Shown here piece by piece: positions 18,239 to 28,072 of a stretch of DNA of 50,735 bases (positions are counted from its first letter, which is position 1; each line of letters begins with the position of its first letter). The position numbers and the translations under genes were made by a program. This DNA is from an uncultured Chryseobacterium sp. (GTDB lineage: Bacteria > Bacteroidota > Bacteroidia > Palsa-965). The DNA lies in the NCBI GenBank assembly GCA_964447465.1, contig CAYUTR010000003.1, forward strand, positions 1-50,735, in the 5' to 3' direction. The notes below the pieces were generated by a model. It saw nothing but the letters and a program-made list of their open reading frames with translations. It made no database searches and was not told the origin of the DNA.

Positions 18239-19279
18239 TTAAAGACCGAACATGATCCGCTCAGAACCATTCACGAAATTAAGATAAAGAGGGCCGACAA
18301 GTGACGGAACGACTTTAAGTTGAATTTCCACGCTGTCGTCCTGATAAAGTGAAACTGTTGTGGCCGTGCTGACAGCCTCATTGCTGTTATTAGCTAGAAT
18401 CCTGATCGAGTCCAAGTCCAAATTGGATATCAATCCGTCATCATTCGAAAGAAAGAAGTGAGCATTGGTTTGAAACGGGATGAAAAAACGGCCGAAGTCA
18501 GTATTCAGAAGTGTAACAGTAATTTGCGGCTCTTTGTGCGTCACCGAGATAGTGATCTGACCAACAGTAATCGATTGATTTAGATCTCCCCAAATGATTG
18601 TGTCGTTTCGTTTGAATAATCTCCTAATTAAGACATCGACATTAGTGTACGGATTCGTCGTGGCATGTTTTAAGGCATTTAGATCAGCGCCTTTTTTATG
18701 TCTTAACCATGCAGCATTTTCCAAAACGTGCTCGTTGCGAGACTGCACAACTTGATATACATTATATCCCCATTTCTTATTATAGTCAGGAATGTATTTT
18801 TCTCTTATGCGATTCGCAGCGCAACGTACTCCTTTACAATCTAAAGGATGATCTTTTCCTGGTTTACCACAATCAAAATGTTTTTCACCTTCCTTGCAAT
18901 CTGATTTTGCGTATGCAATTTGGTTCTTTTCGTAGTGAAGCAAAACCCAATGTTCAAAGGCAACGCTCGAATAGCCAACATTGACGATTCTACCGTCAAT
19001 TATCTGTGCGGCATCGGTTAGAGCCTGAGTTGGAACATCGCCATCTTTATCAAAGACTGCCCAAACCTCCGTATGTGTTTTAGATTTTTTCCGTGCGAGA
19101 TTTACCAAAGCCGTCGCATCATTGGGGCTCTTTGAATCTTCTGGATACACCGTGATAGTTACGTCCCACGTGTTTTGCACTTCATCACGAATCGCCTCAA
19201 AATATCTCCTTTCTGATACAGCTCCTTCACAGGCAATATAAATCGTGTGTGGTGCCGGTTGCTTCTTTATAACTCGCAT
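18239..19279 (-). CDS. rloB: RloB-like (TOPRIM-related) protein with a C-terminal extension
   Basis: YIACEG..SERRYF, VWAVFDKD, SSVAFEHWVLLHYE, NPYTNV. Confidence 0.85.
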   Translation of the reverse strand: MRVIKKQPAPHTIYIACEGAVSERRYFEAIRDEVQNTWDVTITVYPEDSKSPNDATALVNLARKKSKTHTEVWAVFDKDGDVPTQALTDAAQIIDGRIVNVGYSSVAFEHWVLLHYEKNQIAYAKSDCKEGEKHFDCGKPGKDHPLDCKGVRCAANRIREKYIPDYNKKWGYNVYQVVQSRNEHVLENAAWLRHKKGADLNALKHATTNPYTNVDVLIRRLFKRNDTIIWGDLNQSITVGQITISVTHKEPQITVTLLNTDFGRFFIPFQTNAHFFLSNDDGLISNLDLDSIRILANNSNEAVSTATTVSLYQDDSVEIQLKVVPSLVGPLYLNFVNGSERIMFGL

Positions 19280-19288
19280 ACCAATTAG

Positions 19289-20575
19289 TTATTTTGTCGG
19301 AGGAAACTTGATACCTGTTTCATTGATTTTGGGTTTCGCGCGCATATTCCCAGCATCATACCATTCTGCCAATGAAACATCATCAGGAACGTTGTCAAAA
19401 TCCTGAGCAGAATAAAGTTCTGTTGAACCATATTGATTTTTCTGAGCGAACCATACCTGATCCTTTCTTAAAAAGGTTTTGTCGATCAATGAAATGTCGT
19501 GTGTAGAAAATATTAGTTGCGCGTTGTTAGGGTTACTTACAGCATCGTTAAACAATTTTACAAATAACGCGCAGAGATCAGGATGAAGACTTGAGTTTAA
19601 TTCGTCAAACAATCCGAAGCCGCCTGTATCAATCATTTGTGCAAAAATTCCACCGAGACCAACGAATGATTTTGTTCCATCAGAAGCAGTTGGAAAAAAT
19701 TGAAACTCCTTTGTGCCAACTTCGTGCTTATCCTTAAAACGCTTGTGCTTGGTGTAAGGAGTATAGTCCTCAGGCGATGCTGAAGCATTTGGTGTTAGCC
19801 CACTAGAGTCCTTTTTTTCCTCGACTCTCATGCTCATTGTTTGGAGATCGGCTTCACTGATTAAGCGATTGATCCATTCATTCGTTTTATTATTACCCCC
19901 ATTTTCATTCATGGATTTGAGTGCCGTGAACAAAAGTTGTCTGCGGGCATCCGCATTATTTGCGTCCCAAATAAGTGTGGTTAGAAGGCTTTTATATACC
20001 GCACCCATGAAGTCGTCAGCATGATTGTTTGCCAGATCAGACAACGCCAGACGTTGAGCTATTATTTTGTTCGGTAAACTTCTATTTTCGAGGGCGACTC
20101 CGTATGTGACTGAAGCTCCCGATCTCGTAAAAAGGCGTTGAAAATTTCCATCGGAGTAATGCTCAAGATCTTCCGAAAGGAATTCTGTAGCCGTATGAGA
20201 GAATTGGTAGCGGAATCGTGTAAGATTCGTTCCAACAAATTCGAATAAATATGATGTGGGCTTGTCTTGCATCGTATCTTCCAATTCATACGGATCATAT
20301 TCAATGGTGCTCTCCAAATTATTGCTAGCGCTGGTCTCAACTAATCTGCAAAAACTATTAAAGGCTCTAAGGAAATTACTTTTCCCGCTAGCGTTTGGCC
20401 CGTAAATCGCAACCGTTTTTAATAGTTTTACTGTTTGATCTCCGGACAGTTTCAGATCAAATGTATTTTCAGCACGGTTGGGTATCTTAGGATTCGCCTC
20501 CATGCTAAAAATGAGTTCATCACAGATTGATCTGTAATTGGAAACTCGGAACTCAATAAATTTTGGTTTACTCAT
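19289..20575 (-). CDS. RloA-like AAA/ABC-type ATPase
   Basis: IYGPNASGKSN, SDGT, FDELNSSLHP, AQLIFSTHD, LRKDQVWF. Confidence 0.88.
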   Translation of the reverse strand: MSKPKFIEFRVSNYRSICDELIFSMEANPKIPNRAENTFDLKLSGDQTVKLLKTVAIYGPNASGKSNFLRAFNSFCRLVETSASNNLESTIEYDPYELEDTMQDKPTSYLFEFVGTNLTRFRYQFSHTATEFLSEDLEHYSDGNFQRLFTRSGASVTYGVALENRSLPNKIIAQRLALSDLANNHADDFMGAVYKSLLTTLIWDANNADARRQLLFTALKSMNENGGNNKTNEWINRLISEADLQTMSMRVEEKKDSSGLTPNASASPEDYTPYTKHKRFKDKHEVGTKEFQFFPTASDGTKSFVGLGGIFAQMIDTGGFGLFDELNSSLHPDLCALFVKLFNDAVSNPNNAQLIFSTHDISLIDKTFLRKDQVWFAQKNQYGSTELYSAQDFDNVPDDVSLAEWYDAGNMRAKPKINETGIKFPPTK

Positions 20576-20617
20576 TATCGTTGTTTTCTTTCTCGTTCAA
20601 TTGAACCCTTTGAAGTT

Positions 20618-21577
20618 TCACGGATTATCTTTTTTGAATCTCATATTTATCGTGAGATTGCCACGCTTGACAATACTTTTTTCAGTATTGATTGTAGCAA
20701 TAATGGTCTTAACCGTTGGTCGTTTCACCGGGTCTTTTGATAGCATTGTGTTGATTAATGTCACTAACGTGTCTGGAAATCTATGAGCATTTTTGACAAC
20801 AATCTTTCCGCCATTATTTACGACGTTAGATGCGTATTTATCGGACGATACTCCTTCAGGATATTCTCCACTTAAGATTTGGCAAAAAACAATCCCCAAC
20901 GAGAAAATGTCAGACTTGAGAGAAATTTCTGAAGTTGCTATTCCAGAACCTGTCTGTACATACTTTTCAACTTCCGGGGAAAAGTAGGTTAAATCACCAA
21001 TAATATTTTCAGCTTGCGGTGGGTTGTGATAAAAATATCCATTGTCATAATCAATCAAGTATGGCACGAAAAAACCTGCCGGATCTTTTTCGAAAAGAAT
21101 ATTCTGTGGCTTAATATCACCATGAACAATTCCTGCGTCGTGTAGTATTTTTAATGATTCAGAGATTACTCTCAGAATAAACGTCCTCTTTTCAAGAGGA
21201 AGTCGAGAAATTTCGGCAATTGAGAGTGAAGCCGAATTAATTTTTCTCGTGACCTTATAGTATTTGGCGTTGACGCGAAAAAAGTCTAATGTTTGTACAA
21301 GGTGAGTATCAAATATTACGCATGGATCTATTGTTTCTTTCAGCGCATGGTGCTGCTTCTCAAACTCTAAACATAAAGCTCGCTTTTTGATTTTTTTAGT
21401 TTCGCTCCCCGGTGATCCAATAATAGGAAAGGTCGGCGCCAAAAACTCTTTCATGAAATAATAAATGCCTCTTTTTCTTACAAATGTCCAAGTGCTACAC
21501 CCTGCATTCTTGTTAGAGAAGGGAGCTCCATCCACACCAGCTACTTCGTATCCATTTATTATTTCGCCGATCTTCAT
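20618..21577 (-). CDS. Ser/Thr protein kinase
   Basis: FMKEF, HGDIKPQNIL, IDYD, YFSPE, SDIFSLG, RPT. Confidence 0.92.
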   Translation of the reverse strand: MKIGEIINGYEVAGVDGAPFSNKNAGCSTWTFVRKRGIYYFMKEFLAPTFPIIGSPGSETKKIKKRALCLEFEKQHHALKETIDPCVIFDTHLVQTLDFFRVNAKYYKVTRKINSASLSIAEISRLPLEKRTFILRVISESLKILHDAGIVHGDIKPQNILFEKDPAGFFVPYLIDYDNGYFYHNPPQAENIIGDLTYFSPEVEKYVQTGSGIATSEISLKSDIFSLGIVFCQILSGEYPEGVSSDKYASNVVNNGGKIVVKNAHRFPDTLVTLINTMLSKDPVKRPTVKTIIATINTEKSIVKRGNLTINMRFKKDNP

Positions 21578-23211
21578 TTGGCGTCAATGTTTTTCAAATA
21601 CCTTTCATATTGAGCTTTATACTTTTGCCAAAGCGCTCTCTTGAGTTTATCCCTGGTGTCCTTAACACCTTTCAGTTCTTTCGCTTCTGGAGTATTTTCT
21701 TCAATTCTGTTCTGCTTTTTGAACGCCGATAGGTCAGACTTTAGATCTTTTGAATCAGCTTTAACTTTTTCAAATTCCGAATCCTCATAATCAATCCGCC
21801 TTTTTAAATCTTCTCTTTTCTTCTCAAGTTCATTTAGTTCTCGAATCTTTTGCTCAATAAGGTTTGACGTTTTTCGAAATTCATTTTCTGCATCATTGAT
21901 TGATCTTTCAATTTGATCCGCTAAATCACCAAGAGACCTGATCCTCATCTCAAAGCGATTAATTTCTTCTTGAATTCTTTGATTCCTTTCAACTGTTTCG
22001 CGCATAGATAGCTCGAGTGCGTCGGTCTTCCTATATGTGTCAGTTAGCTCTTCAATATCAACAGCCAGTATTTCACTTCTCTTTCGGAACAAATGTTTCA
22101 AATCGCTAAACGAGCTACATCCAACTACGCTTAATGCAATAGAAATATCATCACTTTGATCTCGCTGTAGTTGGACGATTAATTTGGATTTCCACTCCTC
22201 AATTGTCGAAGCCTTAAGTAGAGTATTTAATAGTAAGTACTCAAAATGGATTGGTGTTTGTAAATATCCAAATGCACCGTCTGTAGCAGCAAAAATTATT
22301 GAAGGGACTTTAACTGTATGGCTTGCAATATTTATTTTGTAATCTCTATCAGCATTTACACAGTTCGAAATTGGCGAGTCACTAACCAAGTTCTCAAACG
22401 CGTCATTTTTGTCTACAAGATCATCGATGGTTAATTGCTGCAAGCCCTCGTTTGGATCTAACACATATATTCTTGAATCTCCGGCCCAGAAATTATTTAT
22501 TTCAACCTGCTTGTCAGTGCTTTTTAAATGCGCTATCGCAAAAGTTGTCGGGAGTTTTTTAATTAAGCTGCTTTTAATTTTGAGTTTAGGATTACCTCTT
22601 TTTTCGATTTTCTCAAGAATTTTTGAGAGGCCGGTATTGATATGCTGTTTTAACTCAGACGCAATTTCTTTCTGAGTGTTACTGGAGATTTCTGCTCCGT
22701 TAGTTATCAATGCAGCAAAATATTTCTCAGCTATCGAAATAACTGCACGAGAAGCTAAATATGCACCGCTGTGTTTTCCATCGTCAATTTCGTAAATCGT
22801 TCCGCCAGCGCCACCCATGCCATCAGCAACACCAATCACCGTAGAATCGTCATCAAACTGAATCAATGTTGCTGGCGAATCTTCTCCCTTTCCACTAATC
22901 TTTTCAAGATCAACAGTAAGGTTAAAGGCCTTGTTCGGAGTAATTTGATGTACTTTAGTTTTGTCCTCAGGTACTACTTGTACTTGCTTATCTTTATTGT
23001 GAAATTTGAGATTTGAAACCTCTCCAATTTTTTTGTCCTCCGTTGAGACCTTCGCATCACTTTTATTATTTAATGAGTCGGTTACGGGAATTTCTCTTCT
23101 TTCCTCTTTCGCAGTCTTCTCCAATGGTGTTGGGCCATTTTCAGGCTTCACCGTTCCGGTATCAATCGACAAACCGAAAAACTCAAAAACTAGCTTTATC
23201 CTTTTATTCAC
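21574..23211 (-). CDS. PP2C-family phosphatase with a long C-terminal coiled coil
   Basis: GVADGMGG, WAGDSRIY, ATDG, SDD; long E/K/R-rich heptad tail. Confidence 0.88.
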   Translation of the reverse strand: MNKRIKLVFEFFGLSIDTGTVKPENGPTPLEKTAKEERREIPVTDSLNNKSDAKVSTEDKKIGEVSNLKFHNKDKQVQVVPEDKTKVHQITPNKAFNLTVDLEKISGKGEDSPATLIQFDDDSTVIGVADGMGGAGGTIYEIDDGKHSGAYLASRAVISIAEKYFAALITNGAEISSNTQKEIASELKQHINTGLSKILEKIEKRGNPKLKIKSSLIKKLPTTFAIAHLKSTDKQVEINNFWAGDSRIYVLDPNEGLQQLTIDDLVDKNDAFENLVSDSPISNCVNADRDYKINIASHTVKVPSIIFAATDGAFGYLQTPIHFEYLLLNTLLKASTIEEWKSKLIVQLQRDQSDDISIALSVVGCSSFSDLKHLFRKRSEILAVDIEELTDTYRKTDALELSMRETVERNQRIQEEINRFEMRIRSLGDLADQIERSINDAENEFRKTSNLIEQKIRELNELEKKREDLKRRIDYEDSEFEKVKADSKDLKSDLSAFKKQNRIEENTPEAKELKGVKDTRDKLKRALWQKYKAQYERYLKNIDAK

Positions 23212-23877
23212 TTAAATGCTATTGGCTATGGCATCAATTATGGCACTGTAATCATGTTCTTCAAGTCCTTCTCCAGCTCGCGAAGTATAAATTATTGTGT
23301 TATCCCAGGTCGCTATTTCTTTCCATGGATAATCTTCTGGGCCATAAATAATTAATCGTTTAGCGCTGAATTCCTGATCGTCCCAGAGATCAGTCAATTC
23401 GTCAAGATTTTTTGGAAGATCTGAAGGATAATTTGGAAGGTATGAGCCAGCTCCTTTCTCTAGTTTGTGGGCTGGAGCGTCAGTGTACAAAACAATTACA
23501 CGTCGATGTTTTCCTTCACCTTTATTCCATTCAGATTTCATAGCTAACGCCAGTGCTTCTAATGAACTTTCTGGGTCGTCACCACCACCATCAGCAACTA
23601 TTGTACTCACGAACATCGAAAAGTTAGTTTTCTGAACGGGAAGAGAATAGAATGGAGATAGCTCCATTGCATTTTTCCCATCAGCAAAATAATCTCTGAA
23701 CTTAATCACCTTCACACGAAGAACGTCTATTCCTTTACCCTTGATTGTAAGATTGTCGGTCAAATCTTGATGAAATTTGATCGCATTTTCTTTTACATGA
23801 TCAATTACTGGCGCCATACTACCGGTAGCATCAATGCAAAGGACAATGTCCACCGTGTACTTCATTTGTTGGCTCAT
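23212..23877 (-). CDS. vWA domain protein
   Basis: MIDAS motif DIVLCIDATGSM, GGGDDPES, LYTDA. Confidence 0.9.
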   Translation of the reverse strand: MSQQMKYTVDIVLCIDATGSMAPVIDHVKENAIKFHQDLTDNLTIKGKGIDVLRVKVIKFRDYFADGKNAMELSPFYSLPVQKTNFSMFVSTIVADGGGDDPESSLEALALAMKSEWNKGEGKHRRVIVLYTDAPAHKLEKGAGSYLPNYPSDLPKNLDELTDLWDDQEFSAKRLIIYGPEDYPWKEIATWDNTIIYTSRAGEGLEEHDYSAIIDAIANSI

Positions 23878-24256
23878 AGTAGTAGTCTAAATTTGGGTGT
23901 AAAAGTAGAGAATTTGTAGATGGGGGCTTGTTTTAGCTGAAAACAAGGACATTCCGCATCGAATGAAACCATTTGTAAATCAAGGCTTTAGACCAGTACG
24001 ACACGTGATTCTCAAAACAACCTTTTGACTCAGGGTTTCAGTTTAGGGTCTAATCCTCTATAAAAGTACCAAATCTTAGAAATTGGACGTTAGCTAATCA
24101 CGTCAGACGTCGGCTTTTCGGAAGCCATTTACGTTTAAATCAAACGGTATACTTTTGCAGGACTAGGCAAATAATGGTCTTGCGGACTTTTTCTTTGACA
24201 GCGACAAATCAAGGCCGGCTGAGAAGACCATTCCAACTTTAATAAAAATTATCACA

Positions 24257-24490
24257 ATGAAAAACACAATGATGATATATGGTCATCTGATTGATGGCAA
24301 CACATTTTCGGTTTCTCCGATTGATGGCGAAACTTTAATTAAGAAAGTGTGGACGGATGATTTTGGTGTGCCGCCTGAGGCTTTGATCTTTGATGCTAGT
24401 ACGGAATCAGGGGAACGTGTGCGAATTGTAGTTCCATTTTCAAAAACTCAAGAGTCGTATGCGATTATCGGAAACCCACAAATGAAATGA
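24257..24490 (+). CDS. Hypothetical protein
   Basis: ORF with A-rich start; TACTTTTG promoter box near 24150. Confidence 0.6.
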   Translation: MKNTMMIYGHLIDGNTFSVSPIDGETLIKKVWTDDFGVPPEALIFDASTESGERVRIVVPFSKTQESYAIIGNPQMK

Positions 24491-24960
24491 CGGATAAAGA
24501 AGAAAAGCACTTAACACAATTAAGGACGCACTCGGCAGAAACTGATAAGCTTAAAGGCTATGCAATTCAGCGAATCGATCTGCTTATTATTTCTGTAAGC
24601 GGAGCGAGCATCTATTTATCTCTAGAGATAATGAAATACATGCACGAAGCAAATCTTGCCTGGAGTAATTGGCCATTCAAACTCGCCGGCTTGTTATTCG
24701 TGTTGTCAATCGTTACGAATTTTCTCGGTCAATGGGCCGCGCACAATTCATCACATCACATGAAGTGTTCTACTGATGCAGAGATTTACTGGCGTCAATA
24801 TCATGGAGGCGCAGATTTACAGAAGCCATCTACAATTGCCATGCATGATCAAAAATTCACGAACTATACCAAGTATGTTTCGTGGGCAAATGTTACCTGC
24901 ACAAGCTGTATGCTAGCGGGTCTTTTTGTATTAATTTTCGCTGTACTGATTATTTTTTAG
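24487..24960 (+). CDS. Three-TM membrane protein
   Basis: Three hydrophobic segments; 4-nt overlap with the upstream ORF. Confidence 0.65.
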   Translation: MTDKEEKHLTQLRTHSAETDKLKGYAIQRIDLLIISVSGASIYLSLEIMKYMHEANLAWSNWPFKLAGLLFVLSIVTNFLGQWAAHNSSHHMKCSTDAEIYWRQYHGGADLQKPSTIAMHDQKFTNYTKYVSWANVTCTSCMLAGLFVLIFAVLIIF

Positions 24961-25090
24961 GTGGCGGTGGTGGTTTTGGGCCTGGAGCCTGTGGCGGAAA
25001 GTTTTTTAATCGCTCTCGTTGTGGCGGAGGATTGTTGGGCCTAGGTTGTGGCGGTGGCGGTGGTTTGGGTGGATTTTTATCTGAAGACAT
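24950..25090 (-). CDS. 46-aa proline-rich micropeptide
   Basis: Hand-translated MSSDKNPPKPPPPPQPRPNNPPPQRERLKNFPPQAPGPKPPPPPKK. Confidence 0.55.
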   Translation of the reverse strand: MSSDKNPPKPPPPPQPRPNNPPPQRERLKNFPPQAPGPKPPPPPKK

Positions 25091-25170
25091 TGTTATAAAT
25101 TGAACTTGCAATTTATATAAACTGCAATCATTCTTGCGAATAATTTAGTTCACACAAACGACACTTGAGA

Positions 25171-25240
25171 ATCACCCCCGTATTTATACGGGGGTGATAA
25201 AGGGGGGTATTTATACTGGTTTTTACCCGTATTTATACGT
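25171..25240. promoter_or_regulatory. Three copies of the GTATTTATAC operator core
   Basis: Cores at 25180, 25207 and 25229; the first lies within a palindrome with 13-bp arms; same motif as at 37427 and 38109. Confidence 0.75.
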
Positions 25241-25375
25241 GGGTAAAAACGGGCATTTTAGAGGTTTTTAACTGAAAATGAACCTACTACGAAAGGACTA
25301 TTTGGTTCATTTCATCAGTTTATTGAAACATTTGTTATTACTTTGCGTTATATAACATACTCTACCTACTAAGTC

Positions 25376-25732
25376 ATGCAAACCTACGCGACAGCGCCTA
25401 AGTCATGCTCAATTTTCCGAATCAAAGATGAACTCGGTGCAAATCATGCTCAATTCTATGATCAGGGGTTGGCAATTGGTAAAAAGGTGAATTGTTCTTT
25501 AGAAAAAGGAGAACAGGTCGAAATCTCATTCGTAGGAATGCCAGAACCAAATTTTCCATTTCTTAGTGGACTTTTTGGATTAATTTTTCATCAATATTCG
25601 GTTGAAACTGTGAAAAATTTACTTCATTTGTCACACGCAACCGCCGATGTGAAAGCTGATATTGAAGATGTGAGATGGCGTGCTGATAACATTGAGTTTC
25701 ACAATGAAGTTCTCTATTCGGAAAAAGAGTAG
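25376..25732 (+). CDS. STAS-like (DUF4325-type) protein
   Basis: DQG..I...V...L..GEQVEISFVGM....PFLSGLFG pattern; upstream of a PIN gene. Confidence 0.65.
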   Translation: MQTYATAPKSCSIFRIKDELGANHAQFYDQGLAIGKKVNCSLEKGEQVEISFVGMPEPNFPFLSGLFGLIFHQYSVETVKNLLHLSHATADVKADIEDVRWRADNIEFHNEVLYSEKE

Positions 25733-25749
25733 AGTTTGCAATCCATTAT

Positions 25750-26358
25750 ATGATTTCTCCATTACCTGCAGTTCCGTCCGCTGGATTTACTTACTTATTG
25801 GACACCAACGTTTGGCTTAAGGTATTTGACTTTCCTGCTGATTTGTTCGGAGATGACTCAAAGTTCCCAAAAGAAAAAAAGCAGCGTTACGCCGAGCATC
25901 GCGGCTACTATAGTTTCGTGAGAGGCTTTACACTCACATTCGCCCCTCAGATTATTTTGCCAAGTATAGCGTTGTCCGAAATTGTTAACGTGTACATGCG
26001 GTCAAAGATGTTTCTCATCTATCAAAAAAAACACGGTTTTCATAAACAGTACAAAGAACACTATCGACCTAGTTGGGAACATCGGAGAGACTTTAAAAGG
26101 ATTCAAAATGGGATGCTTAGTTATGAGAGATGCTGCATACAAACAAATGATGGATTTGGCACCGCTCACACCATTTCCTCCGCGTTGAAGTATAATTCAA
26201 ACAAATTAGATTTTGCAGATCATTATATGTACGCGATTGCTAAGAAAAGAAATTGTGTGCTTGTAACTCATGATGCCGATTACAGCGTGTGTAACGACAT
26301 TCCAATCCTTACTTTGAATCAGAACATGCTTCCTAAACCAGGTAGCGCTTCAGCATAA
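25750..26358 (+). CDS. PIN domain ribonuclease
   Basis: YLLDTNVW, ALSEIVN, LDFADHY, LVTHDADY. Confidence 0.88.
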   Translation: MISPLPAVPSAGFTYLLDTNVWLKVFDFPADLFGDDSKFPKEKKQRYAEHRGYYSFVRGFTLTFAPQIILPSIALSEIVNVYMRSKMFLIYQKKHGFHKQYKEHYRPSWEHRRDFKRIQNGMLSYERCCIQTNDGFGTAHTISSALKYNSNKLDFADHYMYAIAKKRNCVLVTHDADYSVCNDIPILTLNQNMLPKPGSASA

Positions 26359-26370
26359 TAAAAGCAGCCA

Positions 26371-26574
26371 TCAGGCTGCTTTGTTGTTGGATTCAGCTAG
26401 TTTTTTTAACATATCGAGCGAAGCACGCAAAGCTGCGATATAATTCTCTTTCTCCGCCCGATTGTAGTACCCCGAAATATCGTCTGAATAATCTTCCTTC
26501 AAGAGTTGGAACTTCTCAATTTCTGAATTGATCTGCTTTTCAAATGCTGAAACTAATTCCGCTACTGTTTTCAT
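26371..26574 (-). CDS. Small helical hypothetical protein
   Basis: Start assigned to MKTVAELV. Confidence 0.5.
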   Translation of the reverse strand: MKTVAELVSAFEKQINSEIEKFQLLKEDYSDDISGYYNRAEKENYIAALRASLDMLKKLAESNNKAA

Positions 26575-26712
26575 GGTTGTCTTGATTGGTTCTCCCAATA
26601 ACCCAATCGATGAGTTACCAAGAGAGCCAATCAATAAAACGACCAAAGTAGAATCGCAGTTCTCCCCAAATAGTAGCATGTTATAGTTTTTTGTCAAGTG
26701 GTAGAAATACCG

Positions 26713-27531
26713 CTATCTGTGGCGAGACTTGCCCCTTGCTTTGCGCTTCGATTGCAGGCGATTGAGGGCTTTTTCAACATCAAAGTCCAACTGTACACCT
26801 AATGTTCCGAAGCGAAACTTTCTATTGTCTTGGACAACTCCATATAGCTTTCCTCCGCGCACATAAACCTCCAAGTTCTTTCTTTGGAGTTGAACGAGGA
26901 AGTCCTCTTGCGATCTCGCTTGCGCCTGACATTCGAGCACTGCTTCACGAACTTTCTCGTGAATCGATACTTTCTTCATTCGTTGTTTCATCTGCACTTC
27001 CTGGTCGTTCACGCGCAGTTTCGATTTTCTACCATGTGCAACCACAGACTTCGTGAGTTCTCTAAAATTCGTGATTTGGTGCTGTTGAACTTGCTTCTTA
27101 ATATCGCCGAACTCTCCGCGGCTCATGCGCATTGCTTTCCCGGTCGTATCGACGCCTGACACCAGAAGATGTACGTGGTAGTGTTCTTTATTGTAATGTG
27201 GTATCGCCAAAACTTTCGCACCGCGGACGCCAACGCGCAACCGGATATACTCTCTAGTCATCTGTTCCATCTTCTCGGCAGTGATGTGTCGCGCGTCATC
27301 TTTGTGCCAGGATAGAATCTCATGCGTCATGGTCACACTATCTTTTCTGCGGAGTACACGCCCTACCTCAAGCTCTTTGAGCTGATTCACCCAACTGTCA
27401 ATTTTGTTTCCTTTTAGATTATGCGCAACGACAAATCCCTCGCGACCGGACAGTCGATCGTTGTCGTGCAGCATGTATTCAATGAGCTGACGATAGGTTT
27501 TATTTTTCCTTGATTTTATCTTGACGATCAT
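26713..27531 (-). CDS. MOBP-type relaxase
   Basis: N-terminal LIEY; HEILSW; HUH motif HYNKEHYHVHLLVSG. Confidence 0.88.
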   Translation of the reverse strand: MIVKIKSRKNKTYRQLIEYMLHDNDRLSGREGFVVAHNLKGNKIDSWVNQLKELEVGRVLRRKDSVTMTHEILSWHKDDARHITAEKMEQMTREYIRLRVGVRGAKVLAIPHYNKEHYHVHLLVSGVDTTGKAMRMSRGEFGDIKKQVQQHQITNFRELTKSVVAHGRKSKLRVNDQEVQMKQRMKKVSIHEKVREAVLECQAQARSQEDFLVQLQRKNLEVYVRGGKLYGVVQDNRKFRFGTLGVQLDFDVEKALNRLQSKRKARGKSRHR

Positions 27532-28072
27532 GTGAGGTGATCAGTTGCAGCAAGTGAGCTTTAATATCAAGAGATTGGTTCAGTGCATCGCATAAAAGTT
27601 GTTCGAGTTTGGGTGGACTACTCAAATGTTCACGAACACTCGTTTCAAGCAGTATGATTCGTGCTTCAATGCTTTCGATCTTCTGATCTCGTTGCCAGAA
27701 GTATTTCTCACGAACTCCAGCGAGAGCCTGAATCTCATTGGCGCATTGAGCCAATAGCTGCTCCAGGTGAGCGAGAAACGCACGATCCGGCACGATATAC
27801 GTCTCAGTGAGATATGCCACAGCAGAGGCGCGTATAAACGCGGCCAGAGTCATTTTGTGTTTGCGTGCACCTGCAGCAATGCGCTCGTAGGTTCCATCTG
27901 CGCGAGAGAAGGCGACAATAACCTCTGGATTTTCTTTGAGCTGTTGTCGGCGATGGTTGTAATGGTAGGTCTTCCAATAACCGCGTTTCGCAGCGGCGAT
28001 CTCGTCAGGCGATCCTGTTTCCAGAATTCCCAACGCATCAAGATGCTTCCATAGACCACTACGCTTTCGCAT
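27500..28072 (-). CDS. Relaxosome accessory (MobC-like) protein
   Basis: RHH-like ARKHKMTLAAFIRASA and CANEIQALA; lies between the coupling protein and the relaxase. Confidence 0.5.
   Translation of the reverse strand: MRKRSGLWKHLDALGILETGSPDEIAAAKRGYWKTYHYNHRRQQLKENPEVIVAFSRADGTYERIAAGARKHKMTLAAFIRASAVAYLTETYIVPDRAFLAHLEQLLAQCANEIQALAGVREKYFWQRDQKIESIEARIILLETSVREHLSSPPKLEQLLCDALNQSLDIKAHLLQLITSHDRQDKIKEK

Noticed and set aside
24160-24235. Riboswitch in the hairpin leader (AATGGTCTT/AAGACCATT) of 24257
   Set aside because: A stem is present but I could not match the conserved core of any known riboswitch class.
24882-25103. Gly-rich 73-aa ORF on the plus strand
   Set aside because: It is the antisense shadow of the Pro-rich minus-strand ORF and overlaps the membrane-protein gene.
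25171-25250. Mini CRISPR array from the GTATTTATAC repeats
   Set aside because: Units are too short (22-27 bp period), there are no spacer-length unique segments, and no cas genes are present.
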